A stretch of DNA of 56,855 nt. Source: Octopus bimaculoides. Taxonomy: Eukaryota. The translations under genes were made by a program, and so were the position numbers. Position 1 is the stretch's first letter. The number at the start of each line of letters is the position of its first letter. The notes under the pieces were generated by a model. The model searched no databases. It was not told where the DNA came from and saw nothing but the letters and a program-made list of their open reading frames with translations. The DNA lies in assembly GCF_001194135.2 (NCBI RefSeq), contig NC_068983.1:24916153-24973007 (forward strand), given 5' to 3'. This document shows positions 50,434-56,855 of this stretch, piece by piece.

Positions 50434-52744
50434 TATTAAGCCGGTGGGCTAATAATCGTCTTACCTTTCCTACTAAAACTAGGCGTAGATTTGAATTAAG
50501 CATTAATAGTATTTTTGTTGGAGCGTCTTTCTAGTGTCATTCACTATAACAATAAAAAACGAGTAGCATAAAGAATAGGTGACTTTTTGTTAACTCTCAC
50601 GTAACGACATAATACATAGAAACACACTGATCATAACGCCGCATTTATTTCTTTTTTGAGCGGAATAAGAACTTGGTAGTATTTTTTTTAATAAAAAGGT
50701 AAGCATCTTTCACAATACATCATCACATATTATTTTCACACATTGCAATTTCATTAATAATTTCCAATACATATTTATTTTTTATTTAAGTTTGGCATTC
50801 TGGTATATATTCAAATCTTCGTTGTCACTGCTTTTTTTTAAATATCATTTTAAATAATATATAACCAATCGATCGTGAGTAGTTGACCGATAATTTCAGT
50901 AGAGCTTAGGACAAGTAACTCCTACTGATTTCAAATAACAGTAAAATGAAATTTTCAGACTATAAGGTGTGATTTTAAGGGAAATTAAGCTGTTGTTTCT
51001 AGCTCATGTCACTGCCACCTTCCTCGTTTCTTAGTCACTCTTGTATTGATGTTTTCAATATTTTTCTCCCCGTAAAGATATTTTATGCGGTAATAATGCT
51101 GTGGAAATAACACACGGACAATCTATTGCTGGGATTCAAGTAACCAAAAAAAAAAATTAAGGTGAACGTCGGTGACAGGTGGCCCACATCACTTGAAATG
51201 ATGGGGGGGGGGGNNNNNNNNNNNNNNNNNNNNNNNNNNNNNNNNNNNNNNNNNNNNNNNNNNNNNNNNNNNNNNNNNNNNNNNNNNNNNNNNNNNNNNN
51301 NNNNNNNNNNNNNNNNNNNNNNNNNNNNNNNNNNNNNNNNNNNNNNNNNNNNNNNNNNNNNNNNNNNNNNNNNNNNNNNNNNNNNNNNNNNNNNNNNNNN
51401 NNNNNNNNNNNNNNNNNNNNNNNNNNNNNNNNNNNNNNNNNNNNNNNNNNNNNNNNNNNNNNNNNNNNNNNNNNNNNNNNNNNNNNNNNNNNNNNNNNNN
51501 NNNNNNNNNNNNNNNNNNNNNNNNNNNNNNNNNNNNNNNNNNNNNNNNNNNNNNNNNNNNNNNNNNNNNNNNNNNNNNNNNNNNNNNNNNNNNNNNNNNN
51601 NNNNNNNNNNNNNNNNNNNNNNNNNNNNNNNNNNNNNNNNNNNNNNNNNNNNNNNNNNNNNNNNNNNNNNNNNNNNNNNNNNNNNNNNNNNNNNNNNNNN
51701 NNNNNNNNNNNNNNNNNNNNNNNNNNNNNNNNNNNNNNNNNNNNNNNNNNNNNNNNNNNNNNNNNNNNNNNNNNNNNNNNNNNNNNNNNNNNNNNNNNNN
51801 NNNNNNNNNNNNNNNNNNNNNNNNNNNNNNNNNNNNNNNNNNNNNNNNNNNNNNNNNNNNNNNNNNNNNNNNNNNNNNNNNNNNNNNNNNNNNNNNNNNN
51901 NNNNNNNNNNNNNNNNNNNNNNNNNNNNNNNNNNNNNNNNNNNNNNNNNNNNNNNNNNNNNNNNNNNNNNNNNNNNNNNNNNNNNNNNNNNNNNNNNNNN
52001 NNNNNNNNNNNNNNNNNNNNNNNNNNNNNNNNNNNNNNNNNNNNNNNNNNNNNNNNNNNNNNNNNNNNNNNNNNNNNNNNNNNNNNNNNNNNNNNNNNNN
52101 NNNNNNNNNNNNNNNNNNNNNNNNNNNNNNNNNNNNNNNNNNNNNNNNNNNGAGCTAAAGAACGACAACAACAAATTTGGAGAGGCAGTGTGTGTGTGTG
52201 TGTGTGTGAGTAAGAAAACACATAAATACTGACAGAAAAGTATGCTATTAAAATAAATTATCTTTTAGATTACATACCTTTTTAAATCACTGTGGATAAA
52301 TTCCAGCACTGATCTTCTCAAGCTCTCCAATATTTTAGAATTATACTAGCAGTATAGCCCGGCTTTGCCCGGGATTAAGTTAGGATTATTAAACTAATCA
52401 AGTATTTTAATTTTAAACCAAACTAAGTAGCATCGACGTCAAATTTGGGCAGAATCAGTGTCGCGACGGAGCGCATGGGTTGGGAGTTTGATCGGCAGAG
52501 GGGTCGATGTAATCGACTTAATCCCTTTGTCCTTGTTTGTCCCCTCTATATGTTTATCCCCTTGTGGGCAATAAAGAAATAAGAAACGTTAGCACGCCGG
52601 GCGAAATGCTTAGCGGTATTTCGTCTGTCTTCATGTTCTGAGTTCTAATTCCGCCGAGGTCGACTTTGCCTTTCGTACTTTCGGGGTCGATAAATTAAGT
52701 ACCAGTTGCGTACTGGGGTCGATCTAATCGGCTGGCCCCTTTTA

Positions 52745-53400
52745 CACATCATCAAAAATCCAAGTTTACATATATTGAGTTAACACAGGTTAATGAAATC
52801 TCCACTGTTTATGAAGCGTTTTGTAATAAATTCAATTCAACAATCAGAATTACTCAATAAGGAACGGAAAAAAACTGATATGGGAGAAAGTTGAAATCTA
52901 AAACACAAAAGTTTACAACACATTTATACAATCAATTCAGTATTTAGTTGCATAACTTTTGTCAAAAATGAGAGCTTGCATGCGCTTTGAATTCTCTCCT
53001 AAATACATTTTATATGTGGCTTGATTTATTTCCCCCCATTCTTTTACACAATTTCTTTCCAATTCTTGTAACTTACGCACGCATTTTGTTTTCTTTTTTT
53101 ACACTGAGTTTCAATTCTTTCCACAAATTTTCGATTGGATTAAGACTTGGAGATCGACTTGGTCATTCCAGAGCATTAACCCCATTTGTTTTCATCCAAT
53201 TCTTGGTCAGCTTTGCTGTATGCTTTGAATCATTATTCTGTTGAAAGGCCCATCCTTGTTCCAAGTTTTGAGAGCGAATATGTTTGAGATATTCTTCAAG
53301 CATAAATCACATATCGTAACGAACAAAGGTCTAAGGGGGATAACTGTTACGTTTTTACTTTCTGCTTTTTACATTTTAGTTTTTCTGTTTTCGTTTTACT
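52745..53400 (-). mobile_element. Tc1-like transposase remnant
   Basis: Minus strand FQQNNDSKHT...LE*PSRSPSLNPIENLWKELK. Confidence 0.8.
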
Positions 53401-54154
53401 ATTTTCGTTTTCCGTTTATTTAACCTTCTGCGTTTTCTATATGCTGCCTTCTCCGTTTTTCGCGTTTCTTCTCTTATTCAATTTCTTTTAGTTCGCTATT
53501 ATGTGGTTTGTGTCCAAAGAGGATCTTGTCAATCTCAGTCACAGATTTTTTAAATTAATTTTTTGTTTTTTAATTAAACAGTTTGAAACTTAGGATAATG
53601 GTTGGATGTGTCACGTAGAACAAGGTTTACTCTTAACGTTTTTGACAAAATTTCGTGTTAAAATTATCGTATTTGGGTAATTTTAACCAATGACGTGTCT
53701 TCAGCTGAAGAAAGTTACTGCTGCTATTTGCAAACAACAACTACTGGGTCATTATTTTTACAGTTTTACACTTAATGACTTATTACACATCGTGTACCTG
53801 AATAAATTACATTGAAACAACACACTCACACACTTACACATCACGTCAGTTTTGCCTTAGACTTTGACAAAACGATGAATCTTCGACAACAGAAAAATCT
53901 CCCCTAACAAAACCCTACTTTAATAACCAGAAATGTTTTTATAGCAACATATATAAGAATGTGTCTGTCTGTCTGTCTGTCTGTCTGTCTGACTATCTGT
54001 CTATCTTTACACACACACATCACACACATTAATAATAGGCAGAAGTTACAGAGTGACAATGGCCAAGTTCGTGTTTGATAAGTGCCAATACACGAAACTC
54101 TCAGCTTTTGACTTACTCTCTAACTTCTGCCGATGATATATATATATACATACA

Positions 54155-54187
<33 letters not shown>

Positions 54188-54369
54188 TTGTAAAAAAATC
54201 TCATCACGCAATCGAAGCAATGAAAGCGCCTCTACCTGGTCGCTCGACACTCTAAAAATAGCAGCGAAAGTATTCCCCTACCTAAATCACACGCCCATTG
54301 TACGTAATGTCCTAGATTATCCCTAAAAAGACGGTTTGCTGAAGGCAGGAATGTCTTTGACGATAGGTT

Positions 54370-56855
54370 TGCTGTATCAGGGTTGGTTTGAGGCTAAATA
54401 ACGACAAAATTATTACTGAGACAGACCAACGACGGAGTCTGTATCTGGATGCCTGACATGCTATAAAAAGTAGCCTTTTTTATATACAGAATAGAAAAAA
54501 CCCTGACACATTCAATATGGCGTCTGATGTAGCTTTTTAAACCAGACAATGTTCTGAAAAGCCACCCACATAGATTGCACCTTCGATCTGGACCACCAAT
54601 ACCTGCAGGTAAGTTCTGCTCATTGTGGATCTTAACATGTCTTTTGAGGCCTCCGTTGGATTTGCAAACCTTCTGGCACACACTGCATTCAAAGGTGTGC
54701 ACAGACATACAGTCAGAATAGTTATTGGAGGTTAGATTTCCATGCGTTCGCAGATGAGACTTGAAGTCAATAAAAGACAGGCATGGTCTGTCACAGACTG
54801 CACTCAAGAACGTCATTGTCTTTCACCTTCTCGATCGTTACATTCTTCCTTAGATCTCTTTTGAGTCTTTCTTGCGTTATCCTGGCTTCTGCAAATGCTT
54901 TCACTTCACTCCACACCTTTGTTTGCCATCCAACTCAATCCGAAGCAAGAGTTTCTATATCTTCTGGAGCCATTCCAAGTGACTTCATAATAGTCCTTAT
55001 GCTGTCCTTTTTTTTAGGTTTACGCCAATAGCGTTTCCCCTCTGAACGCTCACCATAAAGTAACTGTTTCGGCATGCGTTCATCTGCCATTCGAACAATA
55101 TGGCTACACCATCTCAATTGGTTCCTCAAAATCATAGCTATAATTGAGGTGATGCCTGCAGAAGCAAAGACATCTGTGTTTGGAGTAAAAGAACTCCATT
55201 TAATTTTTTAAATGCGATGAAAGCATTTTTGGTGGAATTGTTCTAACAGTTTAAAATGCCTTTCATAACAAGTCCAAGTTTCACAGGAATACAACAGGGA
55301 TGGTAAGACAAATGATTTGTAAAGAGCCAGCTTTGTATTTTTATTTATATGTCGCTGGCACCAAACGCGTGACTCAAAGCCACCAAATGCTTTTGCTACC
55401 CTTTGAATTCGCAGCTGTATTTCTGTATCAAGATTTCCACCATTTTGAACAGAGCATCCACGGTAGACGAACGAATCGACGACCTCAAGTGACTTTCCCT
55501 TAACAAAAATTTTAGTGAGGTTACTAACAACACCAAATGCAGGTTGATGCATTACAACTGTTTTTTTTTTCAAGTTGATGGTCAAGCCAAAATCATCACA
55601 AGCTGAGTCAAATGCAAATACAAGAGATTGCAGACCTGTTTCAGAATGACTGACAAGATTGAAATCGTCAGCATACAAAAGTTCCCTAATGAGTGAAATA
55701 AAAACCTTCGTCTTGACTTTCAGTCGAATCAGATTAAAAACATTCCTTGTTGTTCGATATTTTATGTAAATACCCTCCTCAGAATTTTGAAAAGCATGTG
55801 ACAACACAACAGCAAAGTATATTGCAAAGAGAGTGAGTGCATCAAGGTTTCCTTGCTTTACTCCATATTCCATGGCAAAAGATTCAGAGAGCTACCACTA
55901 AAGTTAACTTTAGCTTTCATATCTTGATGCAAAGTCCTGACCATGTTTACAAATTTTTCTGGGCAACCTATTTTCTGTAGAATTAACCACAGAGCATTTC
56001 GATTAACAGAATCGAATGCTTTGCTCAAATCAACAAAGCAATGGTACAGAGCAAGATTCTGTTCAATGCACTTTTCTTGTAATTGTCTGACAGTAAAGAT
56101 ACAATCAGCTGTGCCCTTGGAGGAACGAAAACCAAACTGAGACTCAGACACTATATTTGGAACTATAAAGGTATTTAAACTTTCTAACAAAATGCGGGCA
56201 AGTACCTTTCCAACCACAGACAAAAGCAAAATCCCTCGAAAATTACCACACAGATACTTTGGCCCCGATTTATACAAGGAAACTAAAATGGCATCAATCA
56301 AGTCTTGAGACACTTTCTCGGTTCTCTAACAATTAATATATTTAAGAGTTCAAACATTTTGTCACCCCATATTTCAAGACTTCTGTACAGATTCCATCAG
56401 ACCCCGGAGACTTATTGTTATTCAGCTTATTCACAGCAAAATAAATGTCATTTAGATTTCAAATGCCATCTCTTCTATAACTGGAAGGTGTTAAATTTTT
56501 TCTATCGTCCTCATGTCAACGGATGATGGTCTATTCAAAAGTGCAGAAAAATGTTCTACTCAACGCTTATGAATAGAAGCGGTGTTACAGAAGAAAACGT
56601 CCATTTCCTGTTCTTACCGGAGCTATTGAAGAAGATATATACATATTTACAGTCATTTTGTTGGATGGCCGTTGACTGTACAGGAGTTCATCCGCCCTTT
56701 GACAGGTCTTATTTTTCATCCCGCAAGGTGTCCAACAACATCCTACTCACCAAGCAAGCCTGTTGGGGTTGCTCGTTTAGCCGCCGACGACCCGACCATG
56801 CGACAGGTTGTATTGGATTACATGTTAACAGTGGCACTCAAGAGCGACCTCACAC
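54370..56855 (-). mobile_element. RTE-clade LINE: 5' UTR-like segment, RT, three C2H2-like fingers; endonuclease apparently deleted
   Basis: NFRGILLLSVVGK, QFGFRS, FVDLSKAFDSV, GVKQG, LLYADD; frameshifts and stops. Confidence 0.88.

Noticed and set aside
55638-55671. CTGACGA...GAAAC on the minus strand
   Set aside because: It falls within RTE coding sequence (YADD region) and has no stem II; coincidental.
56760-56830. Possible HDV-like ribozyme in the RTE 5' region (ACC-TGTCGCAT-GGT, GGCTAA on minus strand)
   Set aside because: Could not form P2 or P1.1 with the available sequence; it may need bases beyond the window.

Overview
AT-rich, gapped, microsatellite- and SINE-dense eukaryotic DNA; the repeat families look like octopus (species is an inference). 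The main feature is one spliced + strand gene spanning 403-38079. Sixteen GT-AG exons with mutually consistent phases (2911 coding nt visible, about 970 aa) encode a glycoside hydrolase family 10 (GH10, xylanase-like) TIM barrel and C-terminal beta-sandwich, then Ser/Thr-rich linkers and five complete 8-Cys WSC carbohydrate-binding domains. The N-terminus lies upstream of the window and one short internal exon is probably hidden in a gap. Both catalytic glutamates are intact, but three normally conserved GH10 glycone-subsite residues are changed (ENEMNW, WDVNHE, GAEGH). The second theme is self-cleaving RNA. Five type I hammerhead ribozyme motifs with palindromic stem III (Penelope-like-element type) can be read from the sequence. 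Two of them face each other as mirror images in a ~570-bp foldback in the first visible intron; further decayed or atypical motifs exist. Introns also hold long inverted repeats, many tRNA-derived SINEs and fragments of mariner, Tc1, Tigger, Chapaev-like, CR1, CRE, R4/Dong, RTE and Gypsy elements. A promoter-like cluster at 39460-39603 has no identifiable downstream coding exons. All alignments, folds and family assignments were done by eye.
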